NCBI RefSeq assembly: GCF_001652585.1 | Contig: NZ_LWLG01000013.1 | Span: 1 to 32,000, forward strand | Reading direction: 5' to 3' | Length of the DNA: 32,000 nucleotides | From: Thermosulfurimonas dismutans | GTDB lineage: Bacteria > Desulfobacterota > Thermodesulfobacteria > Thermodesulfobacteriales > Thermodesulfobacteriaceae | Part shown: one piece after another, positions 24,757-32,000 of the stretch | Numbering within the stretch: position 1 is the first letter of the stretch | Layout: each line of letters opens with the position of its first letter | Position numbers and translations under genes: made by a program | Notes under the pieces: model-generated | The model's database searches: none | The model's input: only the letters and a program-made list of their open reading frames with translations | Told to the model about the DNA's origin: nothing

Positions 24757-25609
24757 GAAACTCAAGCACCTCTGGAGGAGCTTGGGCCTTGGCAGCTTCC
24801 TTGTAAAGGCCCTTTTTGAGACGGTATTCCAATTCGGCAAGCTCCTTTTCCAATTCCTGGTTTATACGTCGAAGCCGCTTGTATTCCGCCCACCGGCGAA
24901 TAATAGGCCCTTCTCCAAGTTTCAAACCGTATTTGGTTCTGGTTCCCCGTCTGGCCTGATAGGCCCCACCGTGAAGGGCTCGCATGACCTGTTTATTCTC
25001 CTCAATCTGGGCCTTGAGCTTTCTTATACGGTTTATTAGTCTCTCCTTTTCTTTCATGTACCAAGCCAGATCCCGCCCCAAGACGTCGGTTTTGCGGGTA
25101 GGTCGGGTCCGAAGGGGACGAACTGAAGAAGGAGGCTTCGACGGAGTGGGAGGAGGAGGAGGAGGAGGAGAAATTCCGTTTGGCCCCCTAAAGGGAAGGG
25201 GTTTAGCCCGTGAACGGTAGCGAGAAGGAATCTCGTCCGGGAATTGGGTGAAATGAAGCACCCCTTTATCATCTACCCATTGATAGATAACCCCGATGTC
25301 CTCTTCGGCCACCATCATCCCGGAGGCTGAATAAGTAGACGCCCCCACGGTAAGATAAGCCCTCAAGGTATTAAGCCTTTTGGAACCGATACCCTTGACC
25401 TTTAAAAGTTCTTCTACTGAGTGGAAGGAACCATGTTCCCGGCGGTATGCCACGATCCGGCGGGCTAGCGCTGGCCCGATCCCCGGAAGACTCTCCAGCT
25501 CCTCCACCGTGGCCGTGTTTAGGTTTAGGGATTGTGCATAAAGAGGAAGCGCAACCAGAAAACAGGCCCAAAAGACCAAAATCCGAAATCCGAAAAGTCT
25601 GATCTCCAA
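24740..25609 (-). CDS. secreted ComEA-like helix-hairpin-helix protein fused to a DUF4124-like segment, poly-Pro linker and coiled coil
   Basis: 289 aa. TTG start with GAGGGGAG upstream. Signal peptide ...LPLYAQS. HhH region LNLNTATVEELESLPGIGPALARRIVAYR...LLKVKGIG. Then IYQWVDDKGVLHFTQFP (DUF4124-like), PPPPPPP and a K/E/R-rich heptad region. Confidence 0.65.
   Translation of the reverse strand: MEIRLFGFRILVFWACFLVALPLYAQSLNLNTATVEELESLPGIGPALARRIVAYRREHGSFHSVEELLKVKGIGSKRLNTLRAYLTVGASTYSASGMMVAEEDIGVIYQWVDDKGVLHFTQFPDEIPSRYRSRAKPLPFRGPNGISPPPPPPPTPSKPPSSVRPLRTRPTRKTDVLGRDLAWYMKEKERLINRIRKLKAQIEENKQVMRALHGGAYQARRGTRTKYGLKLGEGPIIRRWAEYKRLRRINQELEKELAELEYRLKKGLYKEAAKAQAPPEVLEFLKKDP
25149..25169. 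repeat. (GGA)7 trinucleotide tract encoding the heptaproline run
   Basis: Seven perfect gga units on the plus strand, read as CCT Pro codons on the minus strand. Confidence 0.9.
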
Positions 25610-25669
25610 AACCGCTCTCCCCTCTTAAAGTTATTCATAGCTGGGGAGGCGGGGAAAGTAAAGGACCAA

Positions 25670-25701
25670 AAATAAAAAAAGGGGCGGGTTTGCCCCGCCC
25701 C
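25670..25701 (-). terminator. Rho-independent terminator after the porin gene
   Basis: On the minus strand GGGGCGGG-GCAAA-CCCGCCCC is followed by TTTTTTTATTTT. It lies about 30 nt after the TAA stop. Confidence 0.85.
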
Positions 25702-25731
25702 CCTTTGCATTCAGTGGATCGCGGGAGCAGT

Positions 25732-27249
25732 TTAGAAGGAATAGGTCACACCCACGGAGATCCGATACATATCATCGGCATCGCTATCCACATAGCCGTT
25801 GCCGTCCTTATCCGCCCAGGCATCCAGACCATCCCCAGCCCAGAGATAACCGGCAGCCACATCCAGAGTGAGATCTTTGTAGAGCTCGTACTTGGCATAG
25901 ACGTCGAGCTCCCAACCGATATCGTCGTCATTCTTAACATTACCGGCTTCATCAACCCAGTAGGCGTCCTCGTCAAACTTCATGTAGTTCACGGCCGCAG
26001 CCAGGGCGAGCCTCGGCGTGGCCTGATAGTCCACCCGCAGGCGATACATCTGGAACCCGAGGTTGTTGAGATAAGGGTGCCGGGACACCACATAGCCGTC
26101 GTCGAAAGCGGCGTCCTCAAAAAGGACCACACTTCCAAAGGTGTGAGTGTCGATGGCGTTAAAGTTCTCCACGTCGCCATCATAGGGGTCGTCATCACCC
26201 GTGGCCCACCACCAGAGGAAGGAGGCCTTGATCTGCTCGTTCACCCGGTAGCCCAACTCGGCATAAAGCAGATAGGCATCGTGATCCATGTTATCGTCCA
26301 TGCCGGCAGGAACATTCCCATGAAGATCAAAATCACCACCCTCATAAATGAACCCGGTATTCAAACTCCAGAGACCGCTAGCCAGATCCAAATCCAGGCC
26401 CAAATACCAAGGCTGATTGTCGGAGGAAAGACCGTTGTAATAATAGTTGTAGCTGCGGGTCTGGTCGTTGAGATAGATGAAGTAACCCAGAACTTTAGCC
26501 TTATCGAGACCGCTCATCTTGGTAGCATCGTAACCCAACACGATGGCGTAGGCATCGGCGTCGTTATTATCGCTCTTGTCATTATTGCTGCCCCACTTAT
26601 CTCGGGCCCTGACCCAGACCAGGGCGTAGTCAAGGTTTCCGAAGCCAAGATCGGTGTTGCCGTAAAGGGCAATACCCGGGGCGGTCTCGTTCCAGAGGAA
26701 ACGGTTCACATAATAAGGAGCCAATCCCACCTTAGCCCGCACATTCTCGAACCAGGGCAGGGCGAAGTCCAGGTAAAGCATCCGAGACTCAATGTTAGTG
26801 GACTCGTTATGGAGATCCAACTGATCATTTTCTCCAAAACGGGCCGAACCCACCTCCATGGCCCACACGCCCTTGATCTTGCCGTCGTCGCTGCTCGCCA
26901 CGGCCCAGAGCCGGAACTGAAGCGAGGCCCAGGTATCATCTAGATCCTTTCCGTTAAACTCGTCCACCGTGATGCCCGCATCATGGGCATCTCCCAAAGC
27001 CGCCCTATTAGTGGAAGCAAACCAGGCCCTCTTCCCACCGATAGTGTCCCAATCGGTCATAAGGAATCCCATCATGGCATTGGAGTTCCAGGTCTCTAGA
27101 TCATCAAAGTTCGTTAAAATCCCCGCATTGTTGGTAGTCTGAACCTTAACCCCAAACTCACCATGAAACTCAAGGCTAGCCGCTTGCGCCAAACCAACCA
27201 AACCCAAACTTAAAACAAACACCAAAAACAAACCCCACACCTTCCTCAT
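25732..27249 (-). CDS. outer-membrane beta-barrel porin-like protein, family unrecognised
   Basis: 505 aa. Signal peptide MRKVWGLFLVFVLSLGLVGLAQA. Alternating aromatic/Gly/Asp-rich strands. C-terminus VGVTYSF with terminal Phe. GGGAGG RBS, own promoter candidate and own terminator. Confidence 0.7.
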   Translation of the reverse strand: MRKVWGLFLVFVLSLGLVGLAQAASLEFHGEFGVKVQTTNNAGILTNFDDLETWNSNAMMGFLMTDWDTIGGKRAWFASTNRAALGDAHDAGITVDEFNGKDLDDTWASLQFRLWAVASSDDGKIKGVWAMEVGSARFGENDQLDLHNESTNIESRMLYLDFALPWFENVRAKVGLAPYYVNRFLWNETAPGIALYGNTDLGFGNLDYALVWVRARDKWGSNNDKSDNNDADAYAIVLGYDATKMSGLDKAKVLGYFIYLNDQTRSYNYYYNGLSSDNQPWYLGLDLDLASGLWSLNTGFIYEGGDFDLHGNVPAGMDDNMDHDAYLLYAELGYRVNEQIKASFLWWWATGDDDPYDGDVENFNAIDTHTFGSVVLFEDAAFDDGYVVSRHPYLNNLGFQMYRLRVDYQATPRLALAAAVNYMKFDEDAYWVDEAGNVKNDDDIGWELDVYAKYELYKDLTLDVAAGYLWAGDGLDAWADKDGNGYVDSDADDMYRISVGVTYSF

Positions 27250-27291
27250 CGTTTTACCTCCCTAAGCAAATTTTAACATTATTTTATCAGA

Positions 27292-27320
27292 TTATTAAAA
27301 CTAAGCCCATACAAAATCAA
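27292..27320 (-). promoter_or_regulatory. Candidate sigma70-type promoter for the porin gene (TTGATT-17-TAATAA)
   Basis: Minus strand: TTGATT (27320-27315), a 17-nt spacer, TAATAA (27297-27292). About 40 nt upstream of ATG 27249. Confidence 0.45.
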
Positions 27321-27332
27321 GCCCATACTCCC

Positions 27333-27374
27333 CCAAAAAAATTAAGGCGACTCCCAACACCAAGGAGTCGCCTT
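27333..27374 (-). terminator. Rho-independent terminator after dsrC (symmetric, possibly bidirectional)
   Basis: Stems ggcgactcc (27346-27354) and ggagtcgcc (27364-27372). On the minus strand it is followed by TTAATTTTTTT, and on the plus strand by TTTTT. Confidence 0.8.
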
Positions 27375-27393
27375 TTTGAGCCAGACCAAAAGA

Positions 27394-27714
27394 CTACACA
27401 CAACCAGTAGGCTTGGGGAGACCCGCCATCTTACAGGCACCTTTACCCGGACCGGAGGGGAAAAGCTCGTAGATCTTCTTGAGGGGATAACCGGTAACCT
27501 TAGAGAGGATCCGCACCATGGGAGCCACGCCGTTCTTCTTGAAATAATCCTGAAGCACCTTGATCACCTTCCAGTGCTCATCGGTAAGCTCCTGAATACC
27601 CTCTTGCTCCTTTACGTACTCAACCCACTCCATGCACCAAGCATCCATACCTCCCTGGAGAAACCCGTCTTCGTCAACTTCGAAGGTCTTTCCTTTGTAC
27701 TCGACTGTAGGCAT
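27394..27714 (-). CDS. dsrC: dissimilatory sulfite reductase-associated protein DsrC
   Basis: 106 aa. The C-terminal arm GACKMAGLPKPTGCV carries both conserved cysteines (penultimate Cys, and a second Cys 11 residues upstream). This distinguishes DsrC from TusE. Strong AGGAGGAGG RBS. Confidence 0.9.
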   Translation of the reverse strand: MPTVEYKGKTFEVDEDGFLQGGMDAWCMEWVEYVKEQEGIQELTDEHWKVIKVLQDYFKKNGVAPMVRILSKVTGYPLKKIYELFPSGPGKGACKMAGLPKPTGCV

Positions 27715-27753
27715 GACTACCTCCTCCTTTCCTGAATTCTTTGCACGGCAAGT

Positions 27754-27782
27754 TAATTACTATCTCTCATTCGAATTGTCAA
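27754..27782 (-). promoter_or_regulatory. sigma70-type promoter for dsrC (TTGACA-17-TAATTA)
   Basis: Minus strand: consensus TTGACA (27782-27777) inside the last codons of the radical SAM gene, a 17-nt spacer, TAATTA (27759-27754). About 40 nt upstream of the dsrC ATG. Confidence 0.55.
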
Positions 27783-28707
27783 GAAGAATTAAGGGAAGTA
27801 AAGGCCAATGAGTCCGGTCAAAATTAAAAATGCCTGCCTTTTGAGCCTCTTCGATAGCCTTCTGCCACTCTCTTTCAAAAAGAGGCCTATCAAGAGGAGG
27901 GTGGCGGTAAGCCTCACCTTCGGGATGGTAGTGACCCATAAGGTTTACCGTAATATACGGTGAGATCTCCTGAACCAGAAAACGCATTACTTCCGCAGTC
28001 CCGGAAAGCCCTTCCGGCAAAACTAAATGTCTAACCAAAAGTCCACTTCTAGCCTTCCCCCTTTCATCAAGCTGGAGATTTCCCACTTGGCGGTGCATTT
28101 CCTTGATGGCCTTGCGGGCCACCTCTGGATAGTCCTTGGCCCCAAGGAACCGTTCGGCTACCTCTGGATTCCAAACCTTGAAGTCCGGAAGATAAATGTC
28201 CACCACCCCTGAGAGGGCCTTCAGAACCTCTACCCTCTCGTAGCCCCCGGTATTATAGATCACCGGAAGGTCAAAACCTTCGAACAAAGCCCTCTCCAGG
28301 GCCTCCAAAATGACCGGGATCTGAGGGGTGGGGGTTATAAGGTTGAGGTTCTCGCATCCTTGGGCCTTTAGCTCAAGGAAAATCTTCGCAAGCTCCTCCA
28401 CGGTGACCTCACGTCCCCGTCCTTCGCGACTTATCTCCCAAGTCTGGCAAAAGACGCAGAAGAGGTTACAACCCGTAAAAAAGACCGCTCCGGAACCCCC
28501 TTCGCCCACCAGACAGGCTTCCTCGCCGAAATGGGGCTCGTAACCGGAGACCACGGGCCCGGCCGGAAGACCGCATTTCCCCCTCTCCCCAGCGGAACGA
28601 TCGACTCCACAGCACCAGGGACAAAGCTTACAGTCGGATAGGGCTTCCCGGAGGGCCCCAAGGGCTTTCCTTACCGCAGAAAGTTTCTTATCAGTCTCCG
28701 GTCTCAA
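27760..28707 (-). CDS. radical SAM protein, PflX-like (COG1313-type homolog of PFL-activating enzymes)
   Basis: 315 aa. CNLFCVFCQ (CxxxCxxC) radical SAM motif preceded by GSGAVFFTG. An extra N-terminal Cys cluster CKLCPWCCGVDR...GKCG. Confidence 0.78.
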   Translation of the reverse strand: MRPETDKKLSAVRKALGALREALSDCKLCPWCCGVDRSAGERGKCGLPAGPVVSGYEPHFGEEACLVGEGGSGAVFFTGCNLFCVFCQTWEISREGRGREVTVEELAKIFLELKAQGCENLNLITPTPQIPVILEALERALFEGFDLPVIYNTGGYERVEVLKALSGVVDIYLPDFKVWNPEVAERFLGAKDYPEVARKAIKEMHRQVGNLQLDERGKARSGLLVRHLVLPEGLSGTAEVMRFLVQEISPYITVNLMGHYHPEGEAYRHPPLDRPLFEREWQKAIEEAQKAGIFNFDRTHWPLLPLILLDNSNER

Positions 28708-29158
28708 GATCCTTCACCATGGCCACTTCGTCGCATTCCGGAAACTTGGGGCATCGGATGCAGTCCGCCCAGACCTTGTGTGGCAGTTCGGATTTCTCGA
28801 TCAATTTGAAGCCTAGCTTTTCAAAGAAATCCGGGGCCACCGTAAGCACGAATACCCGGGAAAGACCTAGATCCCTAGCTTCGGAAAGACAAGCCTTTAC
28901 CAACTCCGCCCCGATACCCGTACCCTGAAACTCTTCACTTACCACCAACGAACGGATCTCTCCCAAATCCTCCCAGGAAATATGCAGGGCACAGGCCCCG
29001 GCAATGAGATCCTTTTCCGGGACTTCGTAAACGAAAAATTCCCTCACGGCCTCATAAAGTTCTCCAAGAGGCCGAGGAATTACCTGGCCAGTTTTGGCAA
29101 AATGAGAAACCAGACGATGGATGTCCTTTACGTCCCTGAGACGGGCTTTCCTTATCAC
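28691..29158 (-). CDS. GNAT N-acetyltransferase, short ArgA-like (COG1246-type)
   Basis: 155 aa. Acetyl-CoA motif VVSEEFQGTGIGAELV. C-terminal KVWADCIRCPKFPECDE Cys motif. 17-nt overlap with the downstream radical SAM gene. Confidence 0.72.
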   Translation of the reverse strand: MIRKARLRDVKDIHRLVSHFAKTGQVIPRPLGELYEAVREFFVYEVPEKDLIAGACALHISWEDLGEIRSLVVSEEFQGTGIGAELVKACLSEARDLGLSRVFVLTVAPDFFEKLGFKLIEKSELPHKVWADCIRCPKFPECDEVAMVKDLETGD

Positions 29159-29164
29159 GGATAC

Positions 29165-29800
29165 CTAATCCACGCGTTTAATGTAGGCCTGTTTGATAAG
29201 CTTTTTTTGCTTGAGATAAGTATAGGCCTCTTTGGCCTCCGAAAGGCTCCTAAACTTCCCCACATACACCCGATACCAAATCCCCTTTCGCGGAAGCTCG
29301 ACCTTCACCACCTGCGAGAAATACCCACGATCCCTGAAAAATCGGGCATAACGCTCGGCTTCCAGGGAATCCTTAAAAGAGGCCACTTGAAGGGTATAGT
29401 AAGGTTCGGAGGAGAGCTTTTTTTGAGAAGGGGAAGCCGATTTGGTTGGGGATGGGACCTTGACCTCTGGTTCGGATTTCGAACTCGTAACGGTTCGAGT
29501 CTCCGAAGAGGCCCCTTTAGGAGATTCTGGCCCGGAAAGGTTGGCTGAAGACGAACCGGAAGGCCTCGTAGTTTCCTCCGCCCCCATCACCTTGGGAGGC
29601 TGAACTTCTTCGGCTGAGGGGAGTTCTTCGGGCACCTTTTCCTTGAGGGTCTTCTCCGCCACCGGCGAGGGACCTTTGCCCACCATCTTTTGCCCAAACC
29701 AGACCCCGAGGATAAACATCCAGAGAAAGAGACAGATCAAAAGCACAAATACGAAAGTTAAGCCTAGAAACCCCAGTTCTATACGAAATCTCTTGGCCAT
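29165..29800 (-). CDS. SPOR-domain protein (single TM, S/P/E-rich linker, C-terminal peptidoglycan-binding SPOR domain)
   Basis: 211 aa. TM helix LGFLGLTFVFVLLICLFLWMFILGVWF. C-terminal YTLQVASFKDSLEAERYARFF...YRVYVGKFRSLSEAKEA pattern. Confidence 0.75.
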   Translation of the reverse strand: MAKRFRIELGFLGLTFVFVLLICLFLWMFILGVWFGQKMVGKGPSPVAEKTLKEKVPEELPSAEEVQPPKVMGAEETTRPSGSSSANLSGPESPKGASSETRTVTSSKSEPEVKVPSPTKSASPSQKKLSSEPYYTLQVASFKDSLEAERYARFFRDRGYFSQVVKVELPRKGIWYRVYVGKFRSLSEAKEAYTYLKQKKLIKQAYIKRVD

Positions 29801-29803
29801 GGC

Positions 29804-31438
29804 TTACATCCTTTCCGGGGCCGAGACCCCGAGAAGATTCAGGCCGGTCTTGAGGACCTGTTTCACCGCCCGAGCCAGGGCCAGTCTGGCCCGAGAAAGT
29901 TCCTCGTCCTCGGAAAGAAAGCGGTGTTTGGTGTAGTAATCGTGGAAGGCCGTGGCCAAATCCAGAAGGAAATAAGTCAGACGGTGGGGCTCAAGACTCC
30001 TTGCGGAATCCTCCACCACCTGCGGAAAGGCATCCAAGAGCTTAAAGAGCTTGAAATCCTCCGGGGTATCTAGGCGAGTGTAATCCGCATCTCCAAAAGT
30101 CTCGAGTTTCAGACCAGCCTCTTCGGTCTTGCGGAAGACACTGCTCAGGCGCGCATGGGCATATTGCACGTAGTAAACGGGATTCTCCTGGCTCTGACGC
30201 TTGGCAAGCTCCACATCGAACTCCAGAGGAGCGTCACACTTTCGGGTCAGAAAGGTGAAACGCACGGCGTCCCGGCCCACCTCGTCCATAAGCTCCCGCA
30301 GAGTTACAAATTCTCCAGCCCGGGTGGACATACTCTTGAGCTTTCCTCCCTCGATGAGATTAACCATTTGAATAAGGAGGACCTGCAACCTTTCAGGATC
30401 GATCTCCAGAGCGGAAAGTACGGCCTTTAACCGGGGCACATAACCGTGATGGTCGGCCCCCCAGACATCCACTACGAGGTCAAATCCCCGTTTCAGAAAC
30501 TTTTCCCGATGGTAGGCGATATCCGAGGCAAAATAGGTGGGCTCGCCATTTGAACGTCGGACCACCCGGTCCTTCTCATCGCCAAAGGCCGAAGCCCGGA
30601 ACCAAAGGGCCCCTTCCTTTTCGTAAAGATGGCCAGCCTCGGAAAGGGCTCGCAAGGCCTCCTCCACCTCGCCCCGTTCGTAAAGCCCCCTCTCCGAATA
30701 CCAGACATCGTAAGAAACTCCGAAATCAATGAGATCCTGTTTGATCTCTTCTAGAATCTCTCTGAGGGCAAAATCGCGAGCAATGGCTACGGCTTCTTCT
30801 TCTGGCAAGGTAAGTAAATTCGGCCTTTCCGCCAAAAGCTTACGGGCAAGGTCCTTGATATAGTCCCCTCGATAGTGATCCTCGGGAAAATCTATCTTTT
30901 CACCGGAAAGCTCCCGGGCCCTGAGCCACACGGAGCGCCCCAGGATCTCCATTTGCCGGCCGCGGTCGTTTACATAGTATTCCTTGACGACTTCGTAACC
31001 GGCAAAGGAAAGGATACGAGCCAAGGTGTCGCCTACAGCCGCTCCCCGGCCGTGACCGATATGGAGCGGACCGGTGGGATTGGCCGAAACAAATTCCACC
31101 TGAACCTTACGGCCACGGCCTAGTTCGCTGCGCCCATAGTCCTCGCCCCGAGAAAGGACTTCTTTTACTACCGACTGCCAATATCCCGGAGCCACAAAAA
31201 AGTTGATAAACCCCGGCCCGGCCACCTCCACCTTCGAAAAGAGGTCCGCGCGAGCGGAAAGCTTGCCCGCAAGCTCATCCGCAAGTTCGCGGGGAGGACG
31301 TTTGAGCCTTCCGGCCAGCACCAAGGCGGCATTGGTAGCGTAGTCGCCAAAGGCTTCCTCCCGAGGAGGTTCCACTTTGAAAGGAAGATCCTCCGGAAGA
31401 TGTTTAAGTAGTTCCTCCCGAATCTTCTTTACGATCAT
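29804..31438 (-). CDS. argS: arginine--tRNA ligase
   Basis: Class I aaRS HIGH motif SANPTGPLHIGHGR and the MSTR variant of KMSKS (KLKSMSTRAGE). C-terminal anticodon-binding domain ending in M. I place the start at ATG 31438 (GAGG about 7 nt upstream) rather than the track GTG 31444. Confidence 0.93.
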   Translation of the reverse strand: MIVKKIREELLKHLPEDLPFKVEPPREEAFGDYATNAALVLAGRLKRPPRELADELAGKLSARADLFSKVEVAGPGFINFFVAPGYWQSVVKEVLSRGEDYGRSELGRGRKVQVEFVSANPTGPLHIGHGRGAAVGDTLARILSFAGYEVVKEYYVNDRGRQMEILGRSVWLRARELSGEKIDFPEDHYRGDYIKDLARKLLAERPNLLTLPEEEAVAIARDFALREILEEIKQDLIDFGVSYDVWYSERGLYERGEVEEALRALSEAGHLYEKEGALWFRASAFGDEKDRVVRRSNGEPTYFASDIAYHREKFLKRGFDLVVDVWGADHHGYVPRLKAVLSALEIDPERLQVLLIQMVNLIEGGKLKSMSTRAGEFVTLRELMDEVGRDAVRFTFLTRKCDAPLEFDVELAKRQSQENPVYYVQYAHARLSSVFRKTEEAGLKLETFGDADYTRLDTPEDFKLFKLLDAFPQVVEDSARSLEPHRLTYFLLDLATAFHDYYTKHRFLSEDEELSRARLALARAVKQVLKTGLNLLGVSAPERM

Positions 31439-31580
31439 CTTCACCCTCGTGTTTCAAAGTGACGTCGAGGCTAAAATCCGGGCACTTGATGGGTTTGGTA
31501 TTATCAAAGGAAAAACGTTTTACACAATGCTCCCGCCAGGCGCAACGGGCACAAATAACTACCTCTTCCTCTTTTTTCAC
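31404..31580 (-). CDS. unlisted 58-aa four-cysteine small protein (hand-translated; below the 60-aa track cutoff)
   Basis: Translation: MKKEEEVVICARCAWREHCVKRFSFDNTKPIKCPDFSLDVTLKHEGEDDRKEDSGGTT. GTG start in a GTGA overlap with the stop of the CooT-like ORF. GGAGGAGGAGG upstream. Cys pattern CxxCx5Cx13CP. Confidence 0.4.
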   Translation of the reverse strand: MKKEEEVVICARCAWREHCVKRFSFDNTKPIKCPDFSLDVTLKHEGEDDRKEDSGGTT

Positions 31581-31768
31581 GCCTCCTCCTCCACTATCAC
31601 CCGGTGTTTCAAGAAGTCTATCTCCCGAATCCGTCCTTTGATCTCCTTGGGGGGCTCAAAAAAAGCCCGAAGAACGACACCATCCGGCTTAACCTCCAAG
31701 GCCACCACATCCTTCATGATTTCTTCCTCTGTATCTCCCCGACGCACAAAAACCCGCGTCTGACACAT
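31577..31768 (-). CDS. CooT-family-like small protein (putative nickel-binding / formerly 'predicted RNA-binding')
   Basis: 63 aa. Starts with Met-Cys (MCQTRVFV...). Its length and beta-strand pattern (..VVALEVKPDGVVLRAFF...IREIDFLKHRVIV) resemble CooT/PF10133. GGAGGTG RBS. Confidence 0.55.
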   Translation of the reverse strand: MCQTRVFVRRGDTEEEIMKDVVALEVKPDGVVLRAFFEPPKEIKGRIREIDFLKHRVIVEEEA

Positions 31769-31804
31769 AAGATCACCTCCTAGTTTCTATTCAAAACCTA
31801 TACC

Positions 31805-32000
31805 TTAAAAATTGTTTTGTCCATCCGGCAGAAGAAAGGCTTTGAGGTCTTTGGACTCGCACGGAATAGACGGAAAATAGGACGGAAGAGGAGCAAAGAG
31901 AAAAAGAGGAAATCTTTTAATGGGGTGCATCAAGGCCAAAGCCAGGGCGTGAAGGAGAATGGCTTTACCGGAAAGCACTCGCCGACGGGAACCGTAGCGT
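31805..32000 (-). CDS. RluA-family pseudouridine synthase, 3' fragment (gene continues beyond the window)
   Basis: Hand translation of the minus strand from the window edge: ...RYGSRRRVLSGKAILLHALALALMHPIKRFPLFLFAPLPSYF...QNNF*. The LLHA..L.L.HP...F.APLP pattern is typical of RluA/RluD C-termini. Confidence 0.55.
   Translation of the reverse strand, partial: RYGSRRRVLSGKAILLHALALALMHPIKRFPLFLFAPLPSYFPSIPCESKDLKAFLLPDGQNNF

Noticed and set aside
25149-25169. (GGA)7 tract as a phase-variation on/off switch, or as part of a larger repeat array
   Set aside because: Unit changes are in frame and would only alter the proline count of a linker. It is a single short tract, not an array.
25690-26943. 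417-aa plus-strand ORF opposite the porin gene
   Set aside because: The composition is a repetitive I/V/H/G mirror of the Asp/Tyr/Asn-rich porin codons, and the start lies inside the terminator hairpin. The minus-strand gene has a signal peptide, a C-terminal Phe, an RBS, a promoter and a terminator.
28982-29548. 188-aa plus-strand ORF opposite the GNAT and SPOR genes
   Set aside because: It is antisense to two motif-supported genes, and I recognised no domain or translation signals.
31445-31576. T-box or other leader RNA upstream of argS
   Set aside because: The interval is fully occupied by a coherent 58-aa reading frame with coupled start and stop. It is too short for a T-box and has no specifier or antiterminator features.

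Overview
This is a compact, gene-dense chromosomal window of roughly 50% GC. Many adjacent genes overlap by 1-60 nt. It appears to come from a diderm anaerobe that performs dissimilatory sulfite or sulfate reduction, because a true two-cysteine DsrC is present. From the Glu/Lys/Arg-rich proteins and tight packing I infer a thermophilic Thermodesulfobacteriota-like organism; this is not proven. On the plus strand, a DUF559 endonuclease cassette is followed by a lipid A operon (lpxD-fabZ-lpxA-lpxI-Gfo/Idh/MocA oxidoreductase-lpxB). A long minus-strand operon converges on it: ftsB-like, efp, two unknown small ORFs, lpxK, GT4 glycosyltransferase, amylo-alpha-1,6-glucosidase. Next come two tandem ammonium transporter paralogs with no glnK, then an ABC-2 exporter pair. 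DUF488 and a HIT protein follow, then a plus-strand run of ccsA-glnE-queA-dGTPase-like-PurN-like-CobD-like. The final minus-strand block starts with a partial RluA-family gene. It continues with a CooT-like ORF, an unlisted 58-aa four-Cys ORF, argS, a SPOR protein, GNAT and a PflX-like radical SAM gene. It ends with dsrC, an unclassified acidic outer-membrane beta-barrel and a ComEA/DUF4124 fusion. I found no rRNA, tRNA, CRISPR array, transposase, integrase or recognisable defence island, and no convincing multi-gene novel system. The leads most worth a second look are these: the CooT-like plus hidden 4-Cys ORF pair coupled to argS; the two uncharacterised proteins translationally coupled to an EF-P with a non-canonical modification loop; the sigma54-like promoters and repeated upstream motif of the glnK-less amt tandem; the LpxI/GnnA-like variant of the lipid A operon; and the porin with an EF-hand-like loop. 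All functional calls rest on motif recognition by eye; no database search was run.
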